Source of the DNA: Vicinamibacteria bacterium
GTDB lineage: Bacteria > Acidobacteriota > Vicinamibacteria > Marinacidobacterales > Marinacidobacteraceae
Reading direction: 5' to 3'
Length of the DNA: 64,000 bases
Assembly (NCBI GenBank): GCA_964291235.2
Contig: OZ219815.1
Span: forward strand, 800,001-864,000
Shown: one piece after another, positions 18,445 to 28,732 of the stretch
Numbering within the stretch: the first letter of the stretch is position 1
Layout of the letters: every line of letters begins with the position of its first letter
Made by a program: the position numbers and the translations under genes
Notes under the pieces: model-generated
Told to the model about the DNA's origin: nothing
The model's database searches: none
Seen by the model: only the letters and a program-made list of their open reading frames with translations

Positions 18445-19733
18445 GAGCCCTCGGCCTGCATCTCCGCGGCCACGCGCTCGGCCTCCCGCAGGATCCGCAG
18501 GGTGTTGCCGCTCCAGAGCTGGGCGATCTGGTCCTCGGTGTAGCCGCGCTTGACCAGTTCCAGGGTCACGTTGAAGGTCTCGGAGGCGTCGTCCCAGCCG
18601 TCCACCCCGCCGCCGCCGTCGAAGTCCGACGAGATGGCGACGTGATCCATCCCCATGACCTCCACCGCGTGGTCGATGTGGTCCACGAAGTCGCCGACGG
18701 TCACCGGGAACTCGGCGCCGATGTCCGTCAGCCGGGTCCGGAGCGCCGCCTGATCCTCCTCGCTCAGCGTGCGCATTTCGCCGAACGAGGAGACCCCGAA
18801 CTCCGCCATGGCGTCCTCGGTGGCCGCGGTCTTTTCCGGGGGGTCGGTCTTCACGAAGCTGCGGAGCGCCACGGTCTGCATGACCCCGCCGTTCGCGGCG
18901 AGGGCGCGGAGCTGCTCGTCGTCCATGTTCCGGGAGACGTCGGCGAGCGCCGTAGTGCTCGAGTGCGAGCCGATGATCGGGGCGGCCGACGCCTCCGCAG
19001 CCTGCAGCATGGCGTCCTTCGAGGCGTGCGAGACATCCACCAGAATGCCGAGCCGGTTCAGCTCGGCGATCACTTCCCTGCCGAACTCGCTGATCCCGCC
19101 GTGCTCCGTCTCGCCGTCCCCGAGATCCTCCCGCGGGTTGCAGGAATCGGAGATGTCGTTGTGTCCGTTGTGGACCAGGCCGAAGTAGCGGGCGCCGCGC
19201 TCGTGGTACGTCTCCAGCAGGGACAGGTCCTTCCCGGTCACGAAGCCGTTCTCGATGCCGATCATGGCGACCAGCTTCCCCTCGCCGTGGATGCGCTCCG
19301 CGTCGTCCGCGCTGTGGGCGAGTTCGATCACGTCCGAGTGCATCGAGGTGGCGCGGTGGATGGCGTCAAACTTGGTCATTGCCCCCTCCCTGGCCGCCTC
19401 GTAGTTCTCGGGGGTCCGCTCGGCCTGCCCGTAGTAGACGACGAAGAACCCAACGTTGAGGCCGCCCTCCTGCATCCGCGGGTAATCCACCTGGAAGTCC
19501 TCGTTCACGTTCCCGGGATCCACTTCCTCGGTCGCGTAGTTGATCGGGATGTCGATGTGGGTGTCGAGAGTCATGACGGCGTCGTGAATGCGGCGCGCCT
19601 CGGCCTCCATCTGCTCCTCTTCGGTCATCGGCGCAGGCTCTTCCGCGCCGCCGCCGCAGCCGGCGACGAAAACGGTCATCAGGACGGCCAGCGTGCCGCC
19701 AGCCAACGGAAAGGAACGATGCGTCAAGGACAT
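18441..19733 (-). CDS. Membrane dipeptidase (peptidase M19), lipoprotein
   Basis: LDTHID, IGIEN, VDVSH, SHS, RNMDD and SSDFDGGG motifs; lipobox VAGC. Confidence 0.92.
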   Translation of the reverse strand: MSLTHRSFPLAGGTLAVLMTVFVAGCGGGAEEPAPMTEEEQMEAEARRIHDAVMTLDTHIDIPINYATEEVDPGNVNEDFQVDYPRMQEGGLNVGFFVVYYGQAERTPENYEAAREGAMTKFDAIHRATSMHSDVIELAHSADDAERIHGEGKLVAMIGIENGFVTGKDLSLLETYHERGARYFGLVHNGHNDISDSCNPREDLGDGETEHGGISEFGREVIAELNRLGILVDVSHASKDAMLQAAEASAAPIIGSHSSTTALADVSRNMDDEQLRALAANGGVMQTVALRSFVKTDPPEKTAATEDAMAEFGVSSFGEMRTLSEEDQAALRTRLTDIGAEFPVTVGDFVDHIDHAVEVMGMDHVAISSDFDGGGGVDGWDDASETFNVTLELVKRGYTEDQIAQLWSGNTLRILREAERVAAEMQAEGS

Positions 19734-19871
19734 GGGGCCTCCTGGGTCCCGGCCTCGAAGCGCCCCGGGGGCGATGGGCTGGGGCTGGGACAACACGCGA
19801 TGGTACCGCTACGGGCGGAACGGGGGGTGGGACAATGGCTTTGCGCTTGCATGCCAATTCCCCGGGAACGG

Positions 19872-20879
19872 ATGCGACAGTTGTTCGCGAGGAAATCTTC
19901 GGCGGTGTTTGCCGCCGCCTGCACCTGCCTGTTGGCTGTCGGGGCCCATCCGCAGCAACGAAACCTCGACGCCTACGCCTCCCGGCTGGCGGTGTACCGG
20001 AGCGGCGATTTCGCGACCGCCGTCCGCGCCAGCATGGGGCTCCCGATGGACCGTCTCCGCGACCAGGCCGAGGAGTTCCGCCGTGGATTCACCGGCAGCA
20101 GCCCCGGATTCGACCGCGACCTGCTCGCCGCCGCGATGCTCCATCTCGATCTGGCCTGGGCGGCCGAAATGGAGCCGGAAGCGAACGAGGACCTCGCCCG
20201 CGACCTGTTGGCCCGGGTCAGCGCGGCGCGGCGCGACGCCTGGATGAGGAACGCCCACCTGGGGCTCGTCGGAACCTACGCGGATCAGGGACGGCTCCAT
20301 GATGCGGTGCGCGCGGCGAAGTTTCTGGGCGACGAGTACCCGAACGATCTCGAGGTTCGCCTCGCCCGGGCGCGCCTCGCCGAGTTCATCGGCTGGGGGA
20401 TCCACGACGAGCGGTTTCTGGACCAGGCTCAGGAAGGCTACGAGAACCTCGTTAAGGAGGGACACGGCGAACTGGCGGAACTTCGCCTCCGGATCGCTCA
20501 CCTGACGCTGCGCGAAGGCAACCCGGAGGAAGCCCTGCGGCGTCTCGATGAGGCCGAAGGCGGCCTGATTGCCCGCCACCGCTTCGTATCGCTCGTGCTG
20601 CGCGGCGAGACCCTGCTCTGGCTCGACCGCACCGCCGAAGCCGAAGCGGCGTTCGCCGAGGCCCAGGCCATCCACGTCGGCTCGATATCGGCCGCCGCGG
20701 GACTCGCCGCGGCCCGCCAGACGCTTGGGGACGGCCAGCGGGCCGCCGAAGCGGTCCGCAGCTACCTCGGGGGGACCGACGGACAAGACACCTGGTGGCA
20801 CTTCCTCGTCCAGGCGCTCGCCGACGAGACCGGGCGGCTCGACCAGCTTCGCGGCCTCGCCCTGTTGCCGCAGGAGTGA
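19872..20879 (+). CDS. Exported TPR-like helical hypothetical protein
   Basis: Signal-like N-terminus and TPR-like helices (LRGETLLWLDRTAEAEAAFAEA); co-oriented with the VWA gene. Confidence 0.6.
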   Translation: MRQLFARKSSAVFAAACTCLLAVGAHPQQRNLDAYASRLAVYRSGDFATAVRASMGLPMDRLRDQAEEFRRGFTGSSPGFDRDLLAAAMLHLDLAWAAEMEPEANEDLARDLLARVSAARRDAWMRNAHLGLVGTYADQGRLHDAVRAAKFLGDEYPNDLEVRLARARLAEFIGWGIHDERFLDQAQEGYENLVKEGHGELAELRLRIAHLTLREGNPEEALRRLDEAEGGLIARHRFVSLVLRGETLLWLDRTAEAEAAFAEAQAIHVGSISAAAGLAAARQTLGDGQRAAEAVRSYLGGTDGQDTWWHFLVQALADETGRLDQLRGLALLPQE

Positions 20880-20882
20880 TCC

Positions 20883-21938
20883 GTGCCGCCCACCGCTCGA
20901 GCCATGCTCGTCGCCGCCAGCTTGCTGTCGCTGCCGGCGCTCGCCGCCCCGGGCGCGGGTCAGGTCCGTTTCCGGGTCACCGTCGAGGAGGTATTGGTCG
21001 AGGCGGTGGTTACGGACCGGAACCGCCCGCTCGGGGACCTGGCCGCCGCCGATTTCAACTTGCTTGACGGGGGCGTCCGGCGGGATGTCCGCCTGGTGGC
21101 GCTCGAAGACCTGCCGGTGTCGGTGCTCTTCGTCATGGACATGAGCGAGAGCGTGACCCGGGAACGGCGTCGGTTCCTGGCCTCGGCGGCACGCCAGTTC
21201 GCCGGACAACTGTCGCGAAACGACCGCTGCGCGGTGATGATCTTTTCCACGCAGCCGGTGTTGACGCACGACTTCGCCGGTTGTTCGGAGTTGCCCGCGA
21301 GCCCCTTCCCCGAGACGGGCGTCATCGGTGGTACGGCGCTGTGGGACTCGCTGCTGCTCTCCACCGCGCTCGTCGAGGCAGAGCCCGGACGAGCGGTGGT
21401 CATCGTTTTCACCGACGGTGAAGACACCATGAGCTGGACGCCGGAGGGATTCGTGGAGGCGGCGCTGCAGGGCAGCGAGGCGGTGCTCTACACGGTGATC
21501 CCTCCGGACGCCCGGGGCACCACCCGCCGGCAATACCGCTACCGCAACGACGACTGGGTCCCGCCGTCGGTGGCGCGCCGGCGGCGCATCGGCATCCGGC
21601 GGATGAACGGGGGAATCGCGCCCGACGACCTCGCGGTCCTGCTCGAGGGTCCCCGCCGCACCATTCGGCCTCGCGCCGGCATGCGGGCGCCCTCGGAACT
21701 CCAGCTTCTCCGGCACGTCACCGAACTCAGCGGCGGCCGACTGGTGCAAAGCCGCGACGAGGAGCGGCTGGTCAACGCGTACGGCGAGATTCTGGAGGAA
21801 ATGCAGTCCCGCTACGTACTGGCCTTCGCTCCGGACCCGAACGAACCACCGGGGTGGCGCAGCCTGGAGGTAACGGTGCACCGGGAGGGGGCAACGGTCC
21901 GGGCACGGAGCGGCTACCTGCATCGGACCGGGCGCTAG
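20883..21938 (+). CDS. VWA domain protein, Acidobacterial type
   Basis: FRVTVEEVLVEAVVTD, MIDAS DMSES, GGTALWD, FTDGED, C-terminal YVLAF…VRARSGY. Confidence 0.88.
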   Translation: MPPTARAMLVAASLLSLPALAAPGAGQVRFRVTVEEVLVEAVVTDRNRPLGDLAAADFNLLDGGVRRDVRLVALEDLPVSVLFVMDMSESVTRERRRFLASAARQFAGQLSRNDRCAVMIFSTQPVLTHDFAGCSELPASPFPETGVIGGTALWDSLLLSTALVEAEPGRAVVIVFTDGEDTMSWTPEGFVEAALQGSEAVLYTVIPPDARGTTRRQYRYRNDDWVPPSVARRRRIGIRRMNGGIAPDDLAVLLEGPRRTIRPRAGMRAPSELQLLRHVTELSGGRLVQSRDEERLVNAYGEILEEMQSRYVLAFAPDPNEPPGWRSLEVTVHREGATVRARSGYLHRTGR

Positions 21939-21968
21939 TCAGGACACAGGCACTACCCTGCCGGTGCG

Positions 21969-24900
21969 ATGAGAGCCGTTCGGGGCAGGGCCGGCCCGGG
22001 GGTTCTGGCCCTTCCCGGCCTGGCGATCCTGCTCTCCGGCTTCGCGTCGCTGACCTACCAGATCGTCTGGGTGCGGCGCTTCGCCGTCGTCCTCGGGACG
22101 ACGAACGCCGCGGTGACGGTGGTGCTCGCGATGTTCCTCGGCGGCCTCGGTCTGGGCGCGCTGCTGGCGGGACGGTCGGGCGGGAGGCTCGGGGCTTCCC
22201 GCCTCGCCCGGAGGTTCCTGCTTCTGGAGCTGGGCGCCGCCGGACTCGCGCTGGGCCTGCCGCTCTACCTGGCGGGAACCCTCCCGCTCGTCCGGGCGGT
22301 CGCGTCTCCCGAGGGGGCCCTGGCGCCGACCGCGGTGTTCGCCGCGCTCTTCCTGCTGCCGGCGGCAACCCTGATGGGCGCCACCCTGCCGACGCTCACC
22401 GCTCTCACCCGGCGGATCGGTGATCGAGGAGAAGCGGGCGCGGCCGGCTGGCTCTACGCGGCGAACACGGCCGGCGCGCTCTTCGGTAGCGTGGCAGCGG
22501 CCCGGCTGCTGATTCCCGAGCTCGGTCTCAGCGGGTCCACCCTGTGCGGGATCGTGGCAAATGTCGCCGCCGGGGTGCTCGTCTTCGCCCGGTTCGGACG
22601 GACTCCGGCTCCGCGGCCGATTGACGCGGTCCGCACGCCGTGGTTCGGAGGGCGCGCCATGCTCCCCTTCGGCGGGATCGCGGCGCTCTCGGGGTTTGCC
22701 GCGATGGCGGCGGAGATCGGCTGGGCCCGGCTCGCCGCCCTGCTGTTCGGCCCGACCATCTACACCTTCGCCTGCGTGGTGGCTTCCGTGATCCTGGGGG
22801 TCGCGCTCGGGAGCGCCGCCGCCGGGCGGCTCGCGGATCGAAGCCGGGCGGTGCGCTCCTGGCTGGCGGTCGTCCAGCTCGGGGGAGCGGCGGCTTCCGC
22901 CGCGGTGGCCTGGTTCGGGAGCCGCCTCGTGCTTCCCATCGGGGAGCTGATTGCCGGGAACGCCGCGGACGTGCCGCACCTTCTCAACCTCCAGTTCCTC
23001 GGGACCGCCGCGGTGTTGCTGGTCCCCGGTCTCGCCTTCGGCGCGACCTTCCCGCTGGCGGTGGCCGGTGCGGCCGCCACCGGGAAAGACGCGGGGTCCG
23101 AAGCCGGGCGGGCCACCGGCGCGATCTACGCGACGAATGCTGGCGGGAATGTCCTCGGGGCGCTGGCGGCGGGGTTCTTGCTGATTCCGTGGTTCGGGAT
23201 CGAGGCCGCGCTCCTTGCCGCAGTCCTGGCCCAGCTCCTGGCGGCGCTCCTCGCGGCGCCCCGGGTGCTGACGCTGGCGCTCAGCGGCGCCCTGGGCGCG
23301 GCCGGGTTCGGGGCAACGGCGTCATGGGATTGGGAGGCGCTCTCCGGGGGGCTCTACCGGGTCGCGCCGCAGATGGAAGCGGCTCGCCACCGGGACTTCC
23401 TGCTCAAGGGCCGCCTGCGCTTTCTGGACCAGGGAGCCAGCGCCACGGTGTCCGTGAAGGAGGTGGCCGGCGAACTCTCGCTCGCGATCGACGGCAAGGT
23501 GGACGCCACCGACGGGGCCGACATGCTCACCCAGCGGATGCTGGCGCACCTGCCGCTTCTCCTGCACCCGGCGCCGGATGCGGTGTTCATCGTGGGGCAC
23601 GGCAGCGGGGTAACCGCCGGCAGCGCGCTCCGTCACCCGGCGGTCCAACGCGTGACCGCCGCGGAGATTTCCCCGGAAGTGGCCGAGGCGTCCCGCCTCT
23701 TCGAAGCGAGCAACGGAGCCCCGTGGGGGGACGAGCGCTTCGCGCTGCTCCCGGTGGACGCGCGGAACCAGCTGCTCTTTTCACGCGACTCCTTCGACGT
23801 GGTGATCTCGGAGCCGTCGAACCCCTGGATGAGCGGCGTTTCTCCACTCTTCACGGTGGAGTTCTTCGAGCTGGTCCGTTCCCGACTCGCGGACGGCGGT
23901 CTGTTCTGCCAGTGGATCCATCTCTACAACCTGTCGGAGGACAGTCTGCGGACCGTGGTCGGCGGATTCACCGACGTGTTCCCGCAGACCGCGCTCTTCG
24001 TGCTGCACGACGGCGACGCCCTGCTGATCGGCTCGAAGGAGGAATTCCCGTCCGTTCCGCGGCGCGTCATCGAGGGCCGCATCGCCGCCCTGGACGACGA
24101 ACTCACCCCCTACGGCATAACGGAGTACCCGGCGCTCCGCAGCTGGCTCACGGCGACCGGCCCGGAACTCGCCGCCTGGGCCAGCGGGGCGACCCGTCAC
24201 CGGGACGACCATCCGGTGCTGGAGTTCCGGGCGCCGCTCTCGGTGCACTCGGCTACCTCGTTCCGGAACCGCCGGGCGCTGACCGGCCTCTCCGCCGAAC
24301 CGCTCCTGGAAGCGCTGGGACCGGCGCCTCTGCCGGACGCCGCCGCCCTCGCCGGCCGCGCCTCGGGGCTGCTCTCCGCCCAGAACCCGGACTGGGCGCT
24401 GGACCTCGCCCGGCAGGCGCTCGAACTGGATCCCGCCGAACCTCGCGCCGCGGCGGCCGTGGTCGAGGCCGCGCTCGCGAGCGGGCGGGCGGAGGAGGGG
24501 GCGGCCGCGCTGCGGGCAGCGCTGGACGCGGCTCCGGCGGACAGGGAAGCCGCGGAGACGCTCACTGCCTCGCTTGCCCGGCTGTTGCTCCGGGCCCGCC
24601 GTCCCGACGACGCGGCAGCGGTGCTGGAAAGCGGCCCCGTCTGGCTCGCCGACCACCGCGACGCGCTCCTCCTCGCGGCCGAGGTGCAGGTGGAAAGAGG
24701 CGACGGGGAGTCCGCCGAGGCGCTCGTCCTGGCCGTCCTCGGCTCCGACCCGCAGGACGCGGAAGCGGCCGCCTGGCTCGCCGAGTTGAGCGTGCGGCGG
24801 GGACGGCTCGACGAAGCGGCGGAACGGTCCGCCGCGATCCTGGCGGCGCGGCCGGAGACGGTGCGGGCGCTCCGGGTCCGTGCGGTGGCGCTCGCGGAAT

Positions 24901-25163
24901 TGGAACGGACGGAGGAGGCGCGGGAGGCGTTTTCCGAGCTGGTCGAACTGGCGCCGGGGCCGGCGTTCCACTGGGCGAATTTCGGGGCGTTCGAGCTGGC
25001 GACGGGACGGCCCGCCGAGGCCGTGCGGCTCTACCGCGAGGCCGTGGATCGGGACCCCGCGGACCTCAACCTGTACCGGGGGCTCCTCGAGGCCGCGACC
25101 CGGGCGGGCGACACCGAACAGGTCCGGCGCGCGCGCGGAGTGCTGGGGGCGCCCGGGCGATAG
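21969..25163 (+). CDS. Fused membrane (MFS-like)/spermidine synthase-like protein with C-terminal TPR repeats
   Basis: SGFASLTYQIVW, MGATLP and LYAANTAGA (duplicated TM module); SAM-binding VGHGSG; DVVISEPSNPW; TPR tail. Confidence 0.88.
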   Translation: MRAVRGRAGPGVLALPGLAILLSGFASLTYQIVWVRRFAVVLGTTNAAVTVVLAMFLGGLGLGALLAGRSGGRLGASRLARRFLLLELGAAGLALGLPLYLAGTLPLVRAVASPEGALAPTAVFAALFLLPAATLMGATLPTLTALTRRIGDRGEAGAAGWLYAANTAGALFGSVAAARLLIPELGLSGSTLCGIVANVAAGVLVFARFGRTPAPRPIDAVRTPWFGGRAMLPFGGIAALSGFAAMAAEIGWARLAALLFGPTIYTFACVVASVILGVALGSAAAGRLADRSRAVRSWLAVVQLGGAAASAAVAWFGSRLVLPIGELIAGNAADVPHLLNLQFLGTAAVLLVPGLAFGATFPLAVAGAAATGKDAGSEAGRATGAIYATNAGGNVLGALAAGFLLIPWFGIEAALLAAVLAQLLAALLAAPRVLTLALSGALGAAGFGATASWDWEALSGGLYRVAPQMEAARHRDFLLKGRLRFLDQGASATVSVKEVAGELSLAIDGKVDATDGADMLTQRMLAHLPLLLHPAPDAVFIVGHGSGVTAGSALRHPAVQRVTAAEISPEVAEASRLFEASNGAPWGDERFALLPVDARNQLLFSRDSFDVVISEPSNPWMSGVSPLFTVEFFELVRSRLADGGLFCQWIHLYNLSEDSLRTVVGGFTDVFPQTALFVLHDGDALLIGSKEEFPSVPRRVIEGRIAALDDELTPYGITEYPALRSWLTATGPELAAWASGATRHRDDHPVLEFRAPLSVHSATSFRNRRALTGLSAEPLLEALGPAPLPDAAALAGRASGLLSAQNPDWALDLARQALELDPAEPRAAAAVVEAALASGRAEEGAAALRAALDAAPADREAAETLTASLARLLLRARRPDDAAAVLESGPVWLADHRDALLLAAEVQVERGDGESAEALVLAVLGSDPQDAEAAAWLAELSVRRGRLDEAAERSAAILAARPETVRALRVRAVALAELERTEEAREAFSELVELAPGPAFHWANFGAFELATGRPAEAVRLYREAVDRDPADLNLYRGLLEAATRAGDTEQVRRARGVLGAPGR

Positions 25164-25173
25164 CGTCCGGACG

Positions 25174-25545
25174 CTAACTGCCGGTCGTCAGAGCCTCGGG
25201 CTCGCTGTAGAGGCCGCCGGCGAGAATTCCGGCAACGACCATGTCCGCGAGCGTCCAGAAAAGGCCGATGGCGGTGTAGCCCACAAACACATTGTTCAGG
25301 CCACCGGCCACGAACCAGGCGATGACCCCGGCCAGGATCGCAGTCTTGACTCCGGAATCCCAGCCGCGCGTGAGCATCCAGGCGTAAAGCAGGGCAACGA
25401 AGAATCCGAGCGCGAATCCGTACGCCACCCAGAACGCCATGGTCTCTCTCGGCACCTGGAGCACCATCGTGTTCAGGCAGTACTGGCTCAGGTTGATGAG
25501 CAGGCCCGCCGCGAGGCCGGCCTTGATGATTCCGAAGAAGTTCAT
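25174..25545 (-). CDS. Small 4-TM membrane protein (paralog 2)
   Basis: MNFFGIIKAGLAAGLLINLS…LAGGLYSE; clearly paralogous to 25670-26044. Confidence 0.7.
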   Translation of the reverse strand: MNFFGIIKAGLAAGLLINLSQYCLNTMVLQVPRETMAFWVAYGFALGFFVALLYAWMLTRGWDSGVKTAILAGVIAWFVAGGLNNVFVGYTAIGLFWTLADMVVAGILAGGLYSEPEALTTGS

Positions 25546-25669
25546 CGAGTTGCTCCTCCGTTCCGGGTCCACGGGATCCGGAATGCGCCCACATCGTGCC
25601 AGAGGCCGCCGCGAGCTGCAACTCCTTGAAGGCGTGCGGTTTGGCGGCGCGTCGGGCGCGCCCGGAAGG

Positions 25670-26044
25670 TCAGGCTTCGCTGTAGAGCATGCCCGCCAGG
25701 ACGCCGGCGAGCGACATCTCCACCGCGGTCCACACCAACCCGAGCACGTTCGGATCCATGAGGCCCATGTTCCACATGCCGCCCGCGGGGAGCAGGGTGT
25801 GGAGCGCCCACACGAGCAACCCGGCGCAGACACCGGTCTTGGGTCCAGCGCCGCAGCGGGGACGGCTGAGGGCATACACGTACGCCGTCAGCAGCCCCAG
25901 CACGAAGGCATAGACGACCCAGAACGCGATGGATCCGCCTTCACCCTCGGCGACCGGCACCACCATCATGTTCAGCACGAACTCGCTGACGTTGATGAGC
26001 AGTCCGGCTACGAGGCCGCCCTTGATGATTCCCGAAGTGTTCAT
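25670..26044 (-). CDS. Small 4-TM membrane protein (paralog 1)
   Basis: MNTSGIIKGGLVAGLLINVS…GAGPKT…LAGMLYSEA. Confidence 0.72.
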   Translation of the reverse strand: MNTSGIIKGGLVAGLLINVSEFVLNMMVVPVAEGEGGSIAFWVVYAFVLGLLTAYVYALSRPRCGAGPKTGVCAGLLVWALHTLLPAGGMWNMGLMDPNVLGLVWTAVEMSLAGVLAGMLYSEA

Positions 26045-26162
26045 GGGATGTTCCCTCTCCCGCCGGATCCGGGGGACCCGGTCGGACCGGCCATGTTGAC
26101 GGAGGCGGGCGAGGGTTGCAACCCCCGGAACCCCGCGCCGGACGGCGGCGAAACTGCCGCGA

Positions 26163-26909
26163 TCACCCGCCGGTGATGATGCGGAAGAGGTTCCGGACCG
26201 GATCGTAGAAGCGGTCCACCACCCGCTCCTTGAGCGGGATGATCGCGTTGTCGGTGATCGTGATGTGTTCGGGGCAGACCCGGGTGCAGCACTTCGTGAT
26301 GTTGCAGTAGCCGACGCCCTGGGCTTCCTTAAGTTCCTCGAGGCGGTCCTCGGTATCGAGGGGGTGCATTTCGAGAGCGGCGGCGTGGACGAAGAAACGC
26401 GGCCCGATGAACTCGTCGTGCTTTTGCGAGTCCCTCAGCACGTGGCAGACGTCCTGGCAGAGGAAGCACTCGATGCACTTCCGGAACTCCTGGACGCGGT
26501 CCACGTCGCGCTGGTCCATGCGCCAGGTTCCGTCGGCGGCATCCGGGGCGCGGGGCTTGAACTTCTTGATCCGCTTCTTGACCTCGAAGTTCCAGCTCAC
26601 GTCGGTCACCAGGTCCTTCAGCACCGGGAAGGCCCGCATGGGCTCGATGGTGACCGGCTGGTCCTCCGGGAGGTCGCTCATCCGGGTCATGCACATGAGC
26701 CGGGGGTTGCCGTTCACCTCCGCGCTGCAGGAGCCGCACTTGCCCGCCTTGCAGTTCCAGCGGACCGCGAGATCTCCCGCCGACTCCGCCTGGATCTGGT
26801 GGACGGCGTCGAGCACGACCATCCCCTCGGTGATATCCGTCTGGTACTCGGCGAACCCGCCTTCGCCGTCCTGATCTCCGCGCCAGATGCGGAAGGTCCT
26901 ATCGGCCAT
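26163..26909 (-). CDS. sdhB: Succinate dehydrogenase/fumarate reductase iron-sulfur subunit (Sdh1-type)
   Basis: Cluster motifs CKAGKCGSC…C, CIECFLCQDVC and CNITKCCTRVC; TGATG overlap with sdhA. Confidence 0.93.
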   Translation of the reverse strand: MADRTFRIWRGDQDGEGGFAEYQTDITEGMVVLDAVHQIQAESAGDLAVRWNCKAGKCGSCSAEVNGNPRLMCMTRMSDLPEDQPVTIEPMRAFPVLKDLVTDVSWNFEVKKRIKKFKPRAPDAADGTWRMDQRDVDRVQEFRKCIECFLCQDVCHVLRDSQKHDEFIGPRFFVHAAALEMHPLDTEDRLEELKEAQGVGYCNITKCCTRVCPEHITITDNAIIPLKERVVDRFYDPVRNLFRIITGG

Positions 26910-28732
26910 CAGCGGTTCTCCTCGATGATCTGCTGGAGTTCGTCGCGCGGTGGGGTGACTGCCTCTTCCTCGATCTCCATCCCGCCGTCGGCGCCCTGCC
27001 TGACCACCAGCGTGGTCTGCCCCCAGTGCTCGTCCTTCCCGGTGTGGTCCTCCCGGAAGTGAGCGCCCCGGCTCTCCTTGCGGAGTGCGGCGGCCCGCGC
27101 CACCGCCTCGGAGACCAGGAGCAGGTTCGGCAGATCGAGCGCCGTGTGCCAGCCGGGGTTGTAGGCCCGGTTCCCGCTCACGGCGACGTTGTCGGCGCGC
27201 GCCTTGAGCGCCAGCACGCCTTCGAGCCCGGACTCCAGCTCCGCCTGGCTGCGGACGATGCCCACTTTGGCCTGCATCAGGTCCTGGAGTTCGCTCTGGA
27301 TGGCGTAGGAACCCACGCCGTCCCCGCCGCCGTCCTGTCGCTCGAGCGGGGCGAGGGCGTCCCGGGTCGCGGCTTCGACCTGCTCGGCTTCCGCGCCGGA
27401 GGCGCCGCTCCGGGGATTGGCGCTCGCGAACTTCGCCGCGTGCTCGCCGGCGCGCTTTCCGAACACCAGCAGGTCGGAGAGCGAGTTCCCGCCCAGGCGG
27501 TTCGCCCCGTGGAGGCCGCCCGCACATTCGCCGGCGGCGAAGAGACCCGGCACCCGGGACATCTGGGTTTCCCCGTCCACCTTGACGCCGCCCATCACGT
27601 AGTGGGTGGTGGGGCCGACTTCCATGGGCTCCTTCGTGATGTCGATCCCGGCCAGCTCCTTGAACTGGTGGTACATGCTGGGGAGCTTGCGCCGGATGTG
27701 CGCCTCGCTGTCCTTCAGCTTTTCCTTGATCCAGGAGATGTCGAGGAACACGCCGCCGTGCGGGCTACCGCGACCCTCCTTGATCTCCCGGACGATGCAA
27801 CGGGCGACGTGGTCGCGGGTCAGCAGTTCGGGCGGACGGCGGGCTTCCTTGTCGCGCTGGGTATAGCGCCAGCCCTCTTCCGGATCGCTCGCCGTCTGGT
27901 TCTTGTAGAGGTCCGGGATGTCGTCGAACATGAACCGGCGGCCCTCGCTGTTCCGGAGGACGCCGCCCTCCCCGCGCACTCCTTCGGTCACCAGGATGCC
28001 CCGCACGCTCGGCGGCCAGACCATCCCGGTGGGATGGAACTGGACGTACTCCATGTCGATGAGCTCCGCCCCCGCCCGGTAGGCGAGCGCGTGGCCGTCG
28101 CCGGTGTATTCCCAACTGTTGGAGGTGATCCGGTAGGCCCTCCCGATCCCGCCGGTGGCGAGCACCACCGCCGAAGCCCTGAAGAGCTGGAAGCGACCCT
28201 TTTCCCGGTCGTAGCCGAAAGCGCCGACGACCCGGTCCCCGTCCTGGATCAGTTGGGTGACCGTCCACTCCATGTGGACGTCGATGCCGAGGTGGATGCC
28301 GTGGTCCTGGAGGGTGCGGATCATCTCCAGCCCGGTGCGGTCGCCGACGTGCGCGAGCCGCGGGTACTTGTGGCCGCCGAAGTTGCGCTGGAGGATCTTC
28401 TGGTCGTTCGTGCGGTCGAACACCGCCCCCCAGGCCTCCAGCTCCCGGACCCGGTCCGGCGCTTCCTGGGCGTGCAGTTCGGCCATGGTCGGGTTGTTCA
28501 CGTACTGCCCGCCCCGCATGGTGTCCGCGAAGTGGGTCCGCCAGTCGTCACGGCCGTCCACGTTGGCGAGGGCGGCGGCGATCCCGCCCTCCGCCATCAC
28601 CGTGTGCGCCTTGCCGAGTAGCGACTTGGTGACGAGTCCCACGCTCGCCCCCGCCGCCGACGCCTCGATCGCCGCCCGGAGTCCGGCGCCCCCGGCGCCG
28701 ATGACCAGGACGTCGTGTTCCGCGACCTGCAT
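26909..28732 (-). CDS. sdhA: Succinate dehydrogenase/fumarate reductase flavoprotein subunit
   Basis: GAGGAG, AHTVMAEGG, QFHPTG, TEGVRGEGG, HYVMGG, HGANRLGGNSL and ESRGAH motifs. Confidence 0.95.
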   Translation of the reverse strand: MQVAEHDVLVIGAGGAGLRAAIEASAAGASVGLVTKSLLGKAHTVMAEGGIAAALANVDGRDDWRTHFADTMRGGQYVNNPTMAELHAQEAPDRVRELEAWGAVFDRTNDQKILQRNFGGHKYPRLAHVGDRTGLEMIRTLQDHGIHLGIDVHMEWTVTQLIQDGDRVVGAFGYDREKGRFQLFRASAVVLATGGIGRAYRITSNSWEYTGDGHALAYRAGAELIDMEYVQFHPTGMVWPPSVRGILVTEGVRGEGGVLRNSEGRRFMFDDIPDLYKNQTASDPEEGWRYTQRDKEARRPPELLTRDHVARCIVREIKEGRGSPHGGVFLDISWIKEKLKDSEAHIRRKLPSMYHQFKELAGIDITKEPMEVGPTTHYVMGGVKVDGETQMSRVPGLFAAGECAGGLHGANRLGGNSLSDLLVFGKRAGEHAAKFASANPRSGASGAEAEQVEAATRDALAPLERQDGGGDGVGSYAIQSELQDLMQAKVGIVRSQAELESGLEGVLALKARADNVAVSGNRAYNPGWHTALDLPNLLLVSEAVARAAALRKESRGAHFREDHTGKDEHWGQTTLVVRQGADGGMEIEEEAVTPPRDELQQIIEENR

